Assembly (NCBI RefSeq): GCF_963921235.1
Contig: NC_086098.1
Coordinates: 9,114,001-9,178,000, forward strand
Direction: 5' to 3'
Source of the DNA: Mobula hypostoma
Taxonomy: Eukaryota
Length of the DNA stretch: 64,000 nucleotides
Under the pieces are notes generated by a model. It was not told the DNA's origin, searched no databases, and worked only from the letters and a program-made list of their open reading frames with translations. The position numbers and the translations under genes are program-made. The first letter of the stretch is position 1. The number at the start of each line of letters is the position of its first letter. Positions 51,511-62,878 of the stretch are shown piece after piece.

Positions 51511-54500
51511 AGTGTCTGTGTCTTCATCTGTGAGGACTGACATCGCAAATTTACCTGTCATTTCCTAATTCCCAACATGATTTCGCCTGTCTTACTGTTA
51601 AAGGACCCATCTTTGCTAAGTTTTATTTTGTGTATGGAATAGAACTGCAGCTCAGAATTAAGCCTTTTGGCCCACCTAGTCCATTCCAAACCATTAATCT
51701 GCCTGCTCTCTGACTGTAGCCCTCCATGCCCCTCTCACTCATGTACCTATCCAAATTTCTCTTAAATGTTGAAATCAGTCCGACATCCACCACTTATGCT
51801 GGCAGTTCCTTCCACATTCTCGCTACCTTCTGAGTGAAGAAGTTCCCCCTCATGTTCCCGTTAAATATTTCATCCTTAACCAATGAAATCTAATTGTAGT
51901 CTCATCCAACCTCAGTGCCTGCTTGTATTTACCCTGTCTATACCCCTTATAATTCTGTATACCTCTACCAAACTTCCTCTCAATCTTTTGCATTCTGGGA
52001 ATAAAGTCCTAATCTATTCAATCGTTCCCTACTACTCAGGTCCTCAAGTCCTGCCAACATCCTTGTAAGTTTTCTCTGTACTCTTTCACTCTTTTCTGCA
52101 GGCAGGTGATCAAAACTGCACACAATACTCCAAATAAGGCCTCACCAACACCTAATACAATTTCAACATACCATCCCAATTCCTGTACTTAATATTTTAA
52201 TTTATGAAAGCCAATGTGCTAAAAGCTTTCTTTACGATCCTATCTACCTGTGATGCCACTTTCTACGAATTCTGGGTCTGTGTTCCCAGATCCCTTTGTT
52301 CCAGTGCACTCCTCAGTGCCCTACTGCTTACTGTATATGAGCTAGCCTTGCTGATCCTCCCAAAGTGCAATACCTCACGTGTGCCTGCATTAAATTCCAC
52401 TACATCTGCCATAGCCCCTCCATACCCCTCCCATCCATGCACCTATCCAAATTTCTCTTAAATGTTGAAATCAATCTCATATCTACCACTTTCACTAACA
52501 ACTCATTCCACACTTTCACCACCCACTGAATGAAGAAGATCCCCCTCATGTTCCAGCCCATTTTTCAAGCTGGTCCAGATCCTGCTGCAAGCTTTGATAG
52601 TCTTCCTCACTGTCTACTACACACCAAGCCTTAGTGTCATCCACAAATTTGCTGATCCAGTTAACCACATTATCATCCAGATCATTGACATAGCAGCAAC
52701 TGACCCAGCACTGATCCCTGCGACATACCACGAGTCACAGGTCTCTAGCCAGAGAGGCTGCATCTATTACCAGTCTCTGGCTTCTCCCACAAAGCCAATG
52801 TCTAATCCAATTTACTACCTCACCTTGAATGCCAAGCTACCAAACCTTTTTGACCAAGCCTCCCATGCGGGAGCTTGTCAAAGGCCTTGCTAAAGTCCAT
52901 GTAAACAATATCCACTGCCTTGCCTTCAGCAACTTTCTTGGTAACTTCTTCGAGGAACTCTTAAGATTAGTTAGACATGGTCTACAAGCACAAAACCACA
53001 TTTATTAACCCCAATCAGTCCCTGTCTATCCAAAAACTTGTACTGTATATTTAGATTAGATTAGATTCAACTTTATTGTCATTGTGCCGAGTACAGATAG
53101 AAAGCAAATGAAATGCATTTAGCATCTGACCAGAAATGCAAAGAATAGTGTTATTTACAAAATAACTGCGAATAAAAAGTGCTGCTGCACACAAATATAA
53201 AAGTACTGAGACAGTACAATAAGGATGCAATACTGCTTAGCGCTGTGATGTGAGGTTCAGCAGTGTCATAGCCTCAGGGAAGAAGCTCTTCCTGTGCCTG
53301 CTGGTGCTGGAACAGAGGCTCCTGTAGCGCCTACTGGATGGGAGGAGAGTAAAAAGTCCATGGTTAGGGTGAGATGCATCCATGATAATGCTTTTTGCCC
53401 TGCCCAGGCAGCGTTTATGGTAGATGTTCTCAATGGTGGGCAATTGGGTGCTGATAATCCGCTGGGCAGTTTTCACCACACGCTGGAGTGCTTTGCGGTC
53501 CGATACAGGACAATTGCCATACCACACTGAGATGCAGTTTGTGAGTATGCTCTCAATGGTACAGCGGTAAAAGTCCGTCAGTATCCTGGGACAGAGGTGA
53601 GCTTTCTTGATGCTCTACAGGCAATAAAGGTGCTGTTGCGCCTTTTCTGATCAGGATGGAGGAGTTCAGGGACCAGGTGAGATCCTTGGAAATGTGGACA
53701 CCAAGGAATTTGAAGCTTGATACACGCTCCACTACAGCTCCGTTGATGTAGATGGGGACGTGAGTGTGGCTCCTAGCATGCCTGAAGTCCACAATGATCA
53801 CCGTGGTCTTCTGGGTGTTAAGGGCCAGGTTGTTGTCGGCACACTACATGGCCAGATGCTGGACCTCGTCCCTGTAGGCTGTCTCGTCATTCCCTCTGAT
53901 CAGGCCAACCACCGTGGTATCATCTACGAACTTGATTATGGAGTTAGAACCATGTACAGGAACGCAGTCATAGATGAAAAGGGAGTACAGAAGAGGGCTC
54001 AGCACACAGCAGACAGGTTGTCTAACTTAACTGATTGGGGTCTGTTAGTCAGAAAGTCCAAGGTCCAATTGCGGAGGGATGAGCTAATACCAAGCTGGCA
54101 AAGTTTGACGATCAGCTTGGAGGGGATCACAGTATTAAATGCCAAACTAAAGTCAATGAACAGCATTCTGACGTAAGTTGGGGCTGTCCAGGTGGGTCAG
54201 GGCAGAGTGAAGTGCCGTGGAGATGGCGTCCTCTGTTGACCTGTTGGTGCGATAGGCAAATTGATGGGGGTCCAGGGTAGTGGGCAGACAGGATTTCAGA
54301 TGTGATAGAACCAGTCTCTCAAAGCACTTTGCAATGATGGGGGTGAGTGCAACTGGACAGAAGTCATTCAGGCCTGTGGCAGTGGAATGCTTCTGCACTG
54401 GCACAATGGTGGCGATCTTGAAGCTTGTGGGGACCACTGCCTGGGCCAGGGACAGATTAAAAATGTCCGTGAAGACCCTGGCCAACTGCCCTGCACAGAC

Positions 54501-55024
54501 TCTGAGCACACGGCCAGTTATTCCATCCAGACCAGCTGCCTTCCGTACATTCACCCTGCTCAGGGTGGCACAAACATCGGAGGTGGAAAGTGAGAGAGGC
54601 AGTTCACCAGGTGGGAGATCTGATTTGAGGGTGATCTCCTTGTTCTCTCGGTCAAAGCGAACGTAGAAGTAATTGAGCTCATCAGGGAGGGAAGCAGAGC
54701 TGGAAGGGGGCACACTACTAGGTGGTTTGAAGTCTGTAATGACCTGTATGCCATGCCACGTGCGCCAGGGGTCTGAGGAGTTGAAATGCTCCTCGATTCT
54801 CTGTTTGTATATGTGTTTAGCCTGAGAGATTCCCCTCCTCAGGTTGGCCCTGGCTGAGGTGTAAGCCTCCCAGTCTCCAGACCTGAAGGCTGAATCTCTG
54901 GCTTTGAGCAGGAGGCGAACTTCTCTGTTCATCCATGGTTTCTGATCGGGGAAAACTTTTAAGCAACACACATAAAAGTTGCTGGTGAACGCAGCAGGCC
55001 AGGCAGCATCTCTAGGAAGAGGTG

Positions 55025-55061
55025 CAGTCGACGTTTCAGGGCGAGACCCTTCGTCAGGACT
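55025..55061 (-). ncRNA. Minimal hammerhead ribozyme motif
   Basis: AGUC CUGACGA AGGG-ucucg-CCCU GAAA CGUC GACUG. Confidence 0.8.
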
Positions 55062-55076
55062 AACTGAAGGTCAGTT

Positions 55077-55113
55077 AGTCCTGATGAAGGGTCTCGGCCT
55101 GAAACGTCGACTG
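55077..55113 (+). ncRNA. Minimal hammerhead ribozyme motif
   Basis: AGUC CUGAUGA AGG-gucucgg-CCU GAAA CGUC GACUG. Predicted cut after 55108. Confidence 0.8.
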
Positions 55114-55835
55114 CACCTCTTCCTAGAGATGCTGCCTGGCCTGCTGCGTTCACCAGCAACTTTTATGTGTGTTGCTTGAATTTCCAGCATCTGCAGAATT
55201 CCTGTTGTTTGGGGAAAAGTTTTATTTGTTTTTGTGATGTCACTCTATCTACACACTTGTTGATGTGCTCAAGGACAGAGTTGGTGTATAAATCAATGTT
55301 AATCTGAGAGTCTGTGGTGGCATGGGCAGCAAACGCACTCCAGTCTCTGTGCTGGAATTGGTGCTGAAGAGCAGAGTCAGCCCCCTCCAGCCAGATCTTA
55401 ATAGTCTTCATTGTGGGTTTCACATGTTTAATGACTGGGCTATACTTGGGAAGCAGAAGCAATGAAAGATGGTTGGAAAATGAAAGATGATCCGGCCCCT
55501 TAGAATACCTTCCAATAACTTTCCCACAACAGATCTCATGCTCACTTCCATTAGCTATTTTCCAATCCTCCTGCTTCTCACTCGTAGCTAAAGATGATTT
55601 AAATATTTTTGCGAGGACCCCTGTAATTTCTGTACTAGCCTCCCACAGGGTCCAAGAGAACAGCTTGTCAGGCCCTGAGGATTTATCTACCCTAATTTGC
55701 CTCAAAACCGCAAACACCTCCTGCTCTGTAATCTGTATAGCGTCCATGACTTTGCTGCTGCATTTCTTCATATCTATAGTCTCTGTTTCTGCCTCAGGAG
55801 TAAATACAGCTGCAAAAAAAAAATCCATTTAAGAT

Positions 55836-57181
55836 GAGAGTCTTACTTCAGTGGTTGGTAAGTTGATGGAGAAGATCCTGAGAGGCAAGATTTATAAACA
55901 TTTGGAGAGGTATAATATGATTAGGAATAGTCAGCATGGCTTTGTCAAAGGCGGGTCGTGCCTTACGAGCCTGGTTGAATTTTTTGAGGATGTGACTAAA
56001 CACATTGATGAAGGCAGAGCGGTAGATGTAGTGTGTATGGATTTCAGCAAGGCATTTGGTAAGTTACCCCATGCAAGGCTTATTGAGAAAGTAAGGAGGC
56101 ATGGGATCCAAGGGGACGTTGCTTTGTGGATCCAGAATTGGCTTGCCCACAGAAGGCAAAGAGTGGTGATAGACGGGTCATATTCTGCATGGAGGTTGGT
56201 GACCAGTGGTGTGCCTCAGGGATCTGTTCTGGGACCCCTTCTCTTCGTAATGTTTATAAATGACCTGAATGAGGAAGTGGAGGGATGGGTGAGTAAATTT
56301 GCTGATGATACAAAGGTTGGGGGTGTTGTGGATAGTGTGGAGGGCTGTCAGAGGTTACAGCAGGACATCGATAGGATGCAAAACTGGGCTGAGAAGTGGC
56401 AGATGGAGTTCAATCCAGATAAGTGTGAGGTGGTTCATTTTGGTAGGTCAAATATGATGGCAGAATATAGCATTAATGGTAAGACTCTTGGCAGTGTGGA
56501 GGATCAGAGGGATCTTGGTGTCCGAGTCTGTAGGACACTCAAAGCTGCTGTGCAGATTGACTGTGTGCATTGGCCTTCATCAATCGCAGGATTGTGTTCA
56601 AGAGCCGAGAGGTAATGTTGCAGCTATATAGGACCCTGGTCAGACCCCACTTGGAGTACTGTGCTCAGTTCTGGTCACCTCACTACAGGAAGGATGTTGA
56701 GACTATAAAAAGGATGCAGAGGAGATTTACAAAGATGTTGCCTGGATTGGGGAGCATGCCTTATGTGAATAGGTTGAGTGAACTTGGTCTTTTCTCCTTG
56801 GAGCGACCAAGGATGAGGTGACCTGAAGGAGATGTATAAGATGATGAGAGGCATTAATCATGTGGACAGAGCATTTTCCCAGGGCTGAAATGGCTAACAT
56901 GAGAGGGCTCAGTTTTAAGGTGCTTGGAAGTAGTTGCAGAGGGGATGTCAGTGGTAAGTTTTTTACACAGAGATTGGTGAGTGTGTGGAATGGGCTGCCG
57001 GCGATAGTGGTGGAGGCCAATACGATAGGGTCTTTTAAGAGACTCCTGGATAGGTACATGGAGCTTAGAAAAATGGAGGGCTATGGGTAACCCTAGGTAA
57101 TTTCTAAAGTAAGTACATGTTCGGCACAGCATTGTGCGCTGAAGGGCCTGTATTGTGCTGTAGGGTTTCTATATTTCTATG
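55836..57181 (+). mobile_element. CR1 LINE RT/3' fragment nested in CR1
   Basis: ORF 55851-56615 SQHGFVKG.SCLT…DFSKAF…SGVPQGSVLGPLLF…KFADDTK. Flanked by ttaagat/ttatgat. Confidence 0.95.
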
Positions 57182-58411
57182 TTATGATCTCCCTGATCTC
57201 TTTTGGTTCCATGCATAGATTACCACTCTGATCTTCCAGAGGACCTTGCTATCCTTTTGCTCTTAATATATCGGTAGAAGCCCTTCGGATTCTCCTTCAC
57301 CTTTTTTTTGTTTGAACAATCTCATACCTTCTTTTTGCCCTCCTGGTTTCCTCCTTAACTGTTTTCTTGCATTTCTTATACTCCTCAAGTACCTCATTTG
57401 TTCTTGCCTGCCTATAATGCATTTTTTTCTTTTTCTTAACCAGGGCGTCAATATCTCTTGAAAACCAAGGCTCCCTAAACCTTGTTATCCTTGCCTTTTA
57501 TTCTGACCGGAACATACAAACTCTGTATTCTCAAAATTTCACCTTTGAAGTCTTCCCATTTACGATGCACAACTTTGCCAGAAAACAACCTGTCCCAATC
57601 TAGTCTTGACAGATCCTTTTTGATACCATCAAACTTGACCTTTCTCCCATTTAGAATTTCAACCTGAGGACTAGTCCTATCCTTTTCCAAATTACATTGA
57701 AACTAATGGCATTATGCTCACTAGGTGTGAAGTATTCTCCTACACAAACTTCTGTCACCTGCCCATCTCATTTCCTAATAGGATAGCTAGTATTGCACTC
57801 TCCAGTTGGGACTTCTATGTGCTGATAAGGAAATTTTCTTGAATACATTTGACACATTCTTTCCCATCCAGCCCTTTAATAGTATGGGGGTTCCACTCAA
57901 TATGTGGAAAGTTAAAATTACCTTCTATCACAAACTTATGTTTCTTGCAACAGACTGCAATTGCTCTACAAATTAAGTCCCATGGACTGTTGGGTGGTCT
58001 GCAATGTTATCTCATTAATGTGACCATACGTTTCTTATTTCTCAGTTCTACTCATGAAGCTTCAGTAAATGAACTCTCTAGTCTGTCCTGACTGAGCACT
58101 GCCATGACATTTTCCTGGACTAGTAATAACAACCTTCCTCTGTGACATCTAAAACAACGGAAGGCCAGTCTTGCCCCTCCTGCAATCAAGTCTTACTAAT
58201 GCCTGCAATGTCATAATTCCAGATGCAAATCCATGCCCTCATCTGTCTTTCCTGCAATACTCCTTGCATTGAAATATAGACAGTTCAGAACATTAATCCC
58301 ACTGTAGTCGTCCTTTTGATTCCTGACCTTGTACGTAGGATTAACAACATCTTTCTCCACAACCACTCTGTTCTGAATACAAATATGGATTTTTTTTTGG
58401 TAATGAGTACC

Positions 58412-58682
58412 AGGGTAGCATAGTGATTAGCGTGACGTTATTACAGCTTGGGATGTTGGAGTTTGGAGATCATTTCTAATGCTGTCTATAAGAAGTTGGT
58501 TCCCGTCAGCATGTGCAATTTCTTTGGTTTCCTCCCACAGTCCGAAGACGTATCAGTTAGTCGGTTACCTGACATTGCAAATTGTCCTGTGATTAGGCTA
58601 GCATTAAATAGGTGGTTTGCAGGGCAGTGCGGTTCAGTGGGCTGGAAGGGCCTGTTTTGTGCTGTATCACTAAATAAATAAA
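58412..58682 (+). mobile_element. V-domain SINE
   Basis: ggtagcatagtgattagcg…ggtttcctcccacagtccgaagacgta…gaagggcctgttttgtgctgtatc, (taaa)n tail. Confidence 0.8.
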
Positions 58683-59574
58683 TGTGCTAGTAGGTCAGAG
58701 TTAAGCACCCTGCAAAAGCTGTGTAATTCAGAGACACACAAAACATATGTTGCACTCAATATATAAATACTATACATGGAGCAGAGAAAAAATAACTACA
58801 CAAAACTCTGCCTGTTGTGTTGCATCTTGCTGTCTTTAAGGCATCCATGTAGTTGGAGCAGCCAGCTGATTGCAGCAGACAGTCACCTGTCTGCCAATTG
58901 TGTTCTTAAACCAGATGCTGATGGTTATACAGAAAGGATGTGAGTTAAGAGCAATGTTGTCATTCATGACTTTTTCTCCTTTCCTCTCACTCTACTGTAT
59001 CCTGCTAATGAAAACATATGATGGTTTGGGAATTAAGGGGAAATAGAGGCTTGTGTTCTGACCTACCATAGCTGAATGCCTCACTACATCAGCCTGCTGT
59101 GTCATTGTATTAGCCCCAGGTCGTCCTGTTGATGCTTATGATATTGCTCAGCAAATTGGAGTTTCGGTATGAGCTGCCAAGGACCGATCAAAAAATTTGA
59201 TCCTCTGTATCCCAGACAGTGAGTTCTCAATCTCTGGTAGTGTACTGAATGAAGTTCAAGTTGTTTCACCACAAAGGGGATTGGAAAATTGACAAGGGCA
59301 TTTCCCAAGCTGGTTACTCAGCTGCAGTGTTGAACCCTTACTGACAGAGAAAATGCGCTTTGTAATTCTTGCTGTTTTTTTCAGATCGCTACTGGCAGCT
59401 GAAAAGTATGTCGCATGATGTTCACAGAATGGTATGTGACCTGTGACGTCATTATTGAAGCGTTACCCTGAAGTGAATGTAGTTGATTAAAGGGAACTCT
59501 TGTACATGTGATTTATAATGTGTTCTATTTATACTGCAGTACTGTACAAATTCAGATTTAAACAATTTGGTCAA

Positions 59575-59965
59575 AAGTTCAAAACAAATTCATAACAGTA
59601 TGTATACCTCACCATACACTATCTTGAGATTCATTTTCTTGCAGGCATTCACAGGAAAACTAGGGAATATGATAGAATCAATAAAAACCTTACAGAACTA
59701 AATACTGACAAACAACTAATGTGAAAAACAAGACAGGCTGTGCAAATATATATAAGTAGGCAGAAACTAAGTTGAAGTGAGTGAAGTTGTCCACACTGGT
59801 TCAAGAACCTAGTGGTGGTAGAGTATTAACCCTTCCTGAAGCTGGTGATGATCAAGTCCAAGACTGTGACCCAGTGGTTGTTGCACAGGTTCAGGAGCCT
59901 GGTGGTCATAGAATAATAACTGGTCTTGAACCTGGTGGTGATCAAATCCAAGTCCAATGGTTGCA
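59575..59965 (-). mobile_element. Rex1/Babar 3' UTR with an internal ~90-bp duplication
   Basis: gagattcattttcttg motif. ggttca.ga.cct.gtggt…ctggtg.tgatcaa.tccaag occurs twice (~59798 and ~59888). Confidence 0.7.
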
Positions 59966-60790
59966 TTGATTCACTTTGGGTACAGTGGAGAGATTTTAAA
60001 GAACAGATGGATAGAGTGTAATCATTACCATCAGTCTGAAGCCATTTAATCCAGGAAGCCCAAACCAGCTTTTCCTTAAAGCGGTATAGTTTGTTCCATT
60101 CTGTTTTTTTTTTACCCATAACCTTACAGTTTTCTCTTTCTTCAAGTACTAATTCAATTCTTTTTTGAAAGCTTGAGTTGACCCTGGTTTCAAGCAAGTG
60201 TAAAGGATATCACAATCTCAAAAATTAAAATGAATTTTGTTTCAGAATGAATTTTGAATAGTTGAGAGTGTGCCTTCAGGCTCTGTACCTCCTTCCTGAT
60301 GATAGCAATGAGAATAGGGCATGTTTCTGTGTAATAATAAGTAGAATTTTTAAAGTGAATTGGGCAGCAGAATCCGGCTAACATCTTTGGGAGCTATGCT
60401 GGATCAGATAGTTCGTTGATGCGATTTTGTGGAAGTCAGATACCCCATTGTGAGTTTACATTTCTCACCTTTTCGATTGAGCACAGACCAACCAACAAGG
60501 CTTGTGGTCTTAAAGTTGTAAATTCCTTTTCTATCCCAGTGTGATAGTGGTTGCCAAGAAGGGATATGTAAAAGAGATCAATGTTATTCAGCAAATGAAA
60601 ACAGAGTCAAAAGTTTACTGGAATGTTGGAATTAGTATGGATCTACAGGACTCTTTCAGATTAGAGAGTCGTTATGGTTATTTCTCTCAACAACCATAAT
60701 GTTGTTCCATTTTCATCCTATATGTGCAATGAAGTTACCAAAAAGTGGAAGAGAAAAAGTAGGTGTAATTGCAGTAGTTTAAAATACATT

Positions 60791-61665
60791 ACCTGCCCTA
60801 CGTAGAAAAGTTCTTCCAGGAGAACGCCTTTGACCACAGGGCCATCAGGCAGTGGTCGGCACGTAATGTCCTGCAGGCACTGCAGGAGAAGGACGTGATG
60901 GACACAGTGGGGTGGTTCCCTGAGCAGACCGTCCAGTTCATCTGGCAAAATGCCTCATCGCCAGATCTCACCAACAGGCACCAGGACCTCACCTGGCTGG
61001 CGGTGAGAGGGGCCCTCCCAGTCAGATCCCTCCTGTACGCCCGGAACGTCATCTCCGCACCCCACTGCCCACGGGAGGACTGCAGTGAGGAGGAGTCTGT
61101 GACCCACCTCTTTGCACACTGTGAGTTCGCAGAGAAGGTGTGGAGGAGGATGGACGGGCTAGTGTCATGTTTCATCCCCAGCAGCTGCGTAACAGAGGAC
61201 TCTCTGATCTACGGGCTGTTCCTGGGGACGCACATGGAGACCAACATCCGGTGCTGCTGGCAGATCATCAACTCGGTGAAAGATGCTCTTTGGTCGGCCC
61301 GAAACTTGATGGTCTACCAGCACATGGAGATGTCCGTGGGAGAATGCTGCCGACTGGCACATTCTCGGCTGCAGGAGTACGTGCTGAGGGACGCACTGAA
61401 ACTCGGTGCGGCCACCGCAAGGGCCCGGTGGGGAAGGATCACGGTTTAGGTTTCTCCACCCGCGGGAGTGGGAGGGGTCCGGTGGTGGGGAGCATACCCC
61501 TCAACAATGATGTGGTAAGGTGAACAACTGGAGTGCCATGTGGGTGGCCATAAGTACAGATATGTACTGACTATAATGGAAACGTATGTAAAAGATGGCA
61601 AGTTATTGAATGGTTTATTGTATATAATTTTATTTTTGAATAAAATATATTTTGAAATATAAAAA
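60791..61665 (+). mobile_element. Tx1/L1-clade non-LTR retrotransposon 3' end, young, with poly(A) and TSD
   Basis: GC-rich uninterrupted frame to 61449 with W..VRGALP…CPREDC…ESVTHLFAHC…VW…LWSARN (CCHC zinc knuckle). AATAAA at 61639 and an A-tail. aaaatacatt duplicated at 60781-60790 and 61666-61675. Confidence 0.9.
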
Positions 61666-61677
61666 AAAATACATTTG

Positions 61678-62186
61678 CAGACATCCCACCTCTCCCAGAA
61701 CTTCCGGGAGTCTCCCACATATTAATAGTGGCTCCCTGATGCCCGCAAATTATATACAATATCACGGAAATCAATTTTTTTGAGAGCGAGCGAGAGAAAA
61801 GCAAGAGAGAGCGCGAGAGCGACCACGAGAGAGCGAGCGAGAGCGTGCCATGGCAGAGTGTTCCAAAAAATATAAAATGTACGTCACCCCAGACTACACT
61901 AAAGTGTACCCCTGCCTAATAGGGGTCAAAATAATGACAGTGTTGCTCGCTGCACTGTTTGCAACAGTGACTTTTCTATTGCCCATGGTGGGTTAAGATT
62001 GTAAAAGACATGTTGAGGTGAGCTTAACAGGTGTCATTCGTTCATTAGCATAGCTAACGTTATTTAAACTAGCTGGCCAGCTGCTAAAGAGCTACTCTAT
62101 TGCAGACATCCCACCTCTCCCAGAAGTCTCCTGCAAATTGATGGTGCTACCTCCCTGAAATGAGTTTTTGCAGGGTGGGATGTCTG
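61678..62186. mobile_element. Non-autonomous TIR DNA transposon (hAT-like) with 6-bp TSD
   Basis: 13-bp perfect TIR cagacatcccacc / ggtgggatgtctg. catttg at 61672-61677 and 62187-62192. Subterminal ctccc repeats and an internal GA-rich tract at 61783-61845. Confidence 0.85.
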
Positions 62187-62878
62187 CATTTGGGTAAGTA
62201 CATAGGTTGCATAGCTACTGGCATTAAAAGACCTGTTCATCACCAGAGGGATGAAAAGAGCTGAAAAAATTACTGCTGATCCACCAGCTTTTATTGTGTT
62301 GTCTGTTCTGGTATTGTACTGTGTGTCATGCTTGGCATCGAACCACAATCAATTCTGGTATGTTTCACATACTGGCAATAAAATGATTCTGATGGATAGA
62401 AAAGATTTTGGACCAAATACAGGCACGTGGTACGAGATTGAATAGACATCTTGTTCAGCATGAAAGAGTTATGTCAAAAAGGGCCATTTTCCATGCTGTA
62501 GAACTCAATGATTGTCTTGAAATGTTTGGAAGGATTTAATCCATGTTCCAGTTTCTAGTGCTAAGTTCTTAACCTTGAAGGAGGAGTAGTTGTGTATCAT
62601 GGCTCTTTGGAGGAACTAATCAGGCATGGAGCCAAATTAAGAATGTACTTTAAAACATTTACATTGCTTATGTCATTGTGGCCAGGATTGGTTGGCCTTG
62701 ATAATTTTTGCATCATTTTGATCTGGGAACCATGAGCTTTTTGCTTTTTGAAATATTTAAGAATACCATCTGGCTATACATTTTTGAATAGCTCGATGTG
62801 GGATGTAACATTCTGTGGTGATCTTAAGATATGTGGGGGTTTGGTCTTAGTTCTAGAATTAGGTGTGAATGATACTCC

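Larger units (their letters stand above)
54961..55210. mobile_element. 250-bp non-coding palindromic PLE mini-element with TSD
   Basis: 107-bp arms 54961-55067 and 55071-55177 around an agg loop, plus a 33-nt tail. ggggaaaa(c/g)tttt at 54948-54960 and 55211-55223. Confidence 0.95.
53052..55489 (-). mobile_element. Rex1/Babar LINE (~2.2 kb, relatively young) nested in CR1
   Basis: ORF 54153-54971 FPDQKPWMN…KAAGLDGI…PVALTPIIAKCFERLV…DPHQFAYRTNRSTEDAI, WYGNC…HPNHGLFTLLPS, (ttaga)n tail. Confidence 0.95.
51640..58370 (-). mobile_element. Long CR1 ORF2 relic split by nested inserts (pieces 51640-53050, 55490-55835, 57182-58370)
   Basis: Colinear motifs ISKFVDDTK, EDWKIAN, VDKSSGPD, GNFNFP. Reads through at tatat|tccggcccct and ttaagat|ttatgatctcc. 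Confidence 0.85.

Noticed and set aside
54959..55179. Two nearly identical 66-aa ORFs on opposite strands
   Set aside because: Artefact of the palindrome. No true ATG start or domain
60665..60790. Open frame upstream of the reconstructed splice donor as a coding exon
   Set aside because: Short, unrecognised peptide with no convincing acceptor. Kept only as a side note in the stacked-insertion finding
60895..61449. 184-aa GC-rich ORF as a host gene exon
   Set aside because: Zinc-knuckle C-terminus of a Tx1/L1 ORF2, with poly(A) tail and TSD
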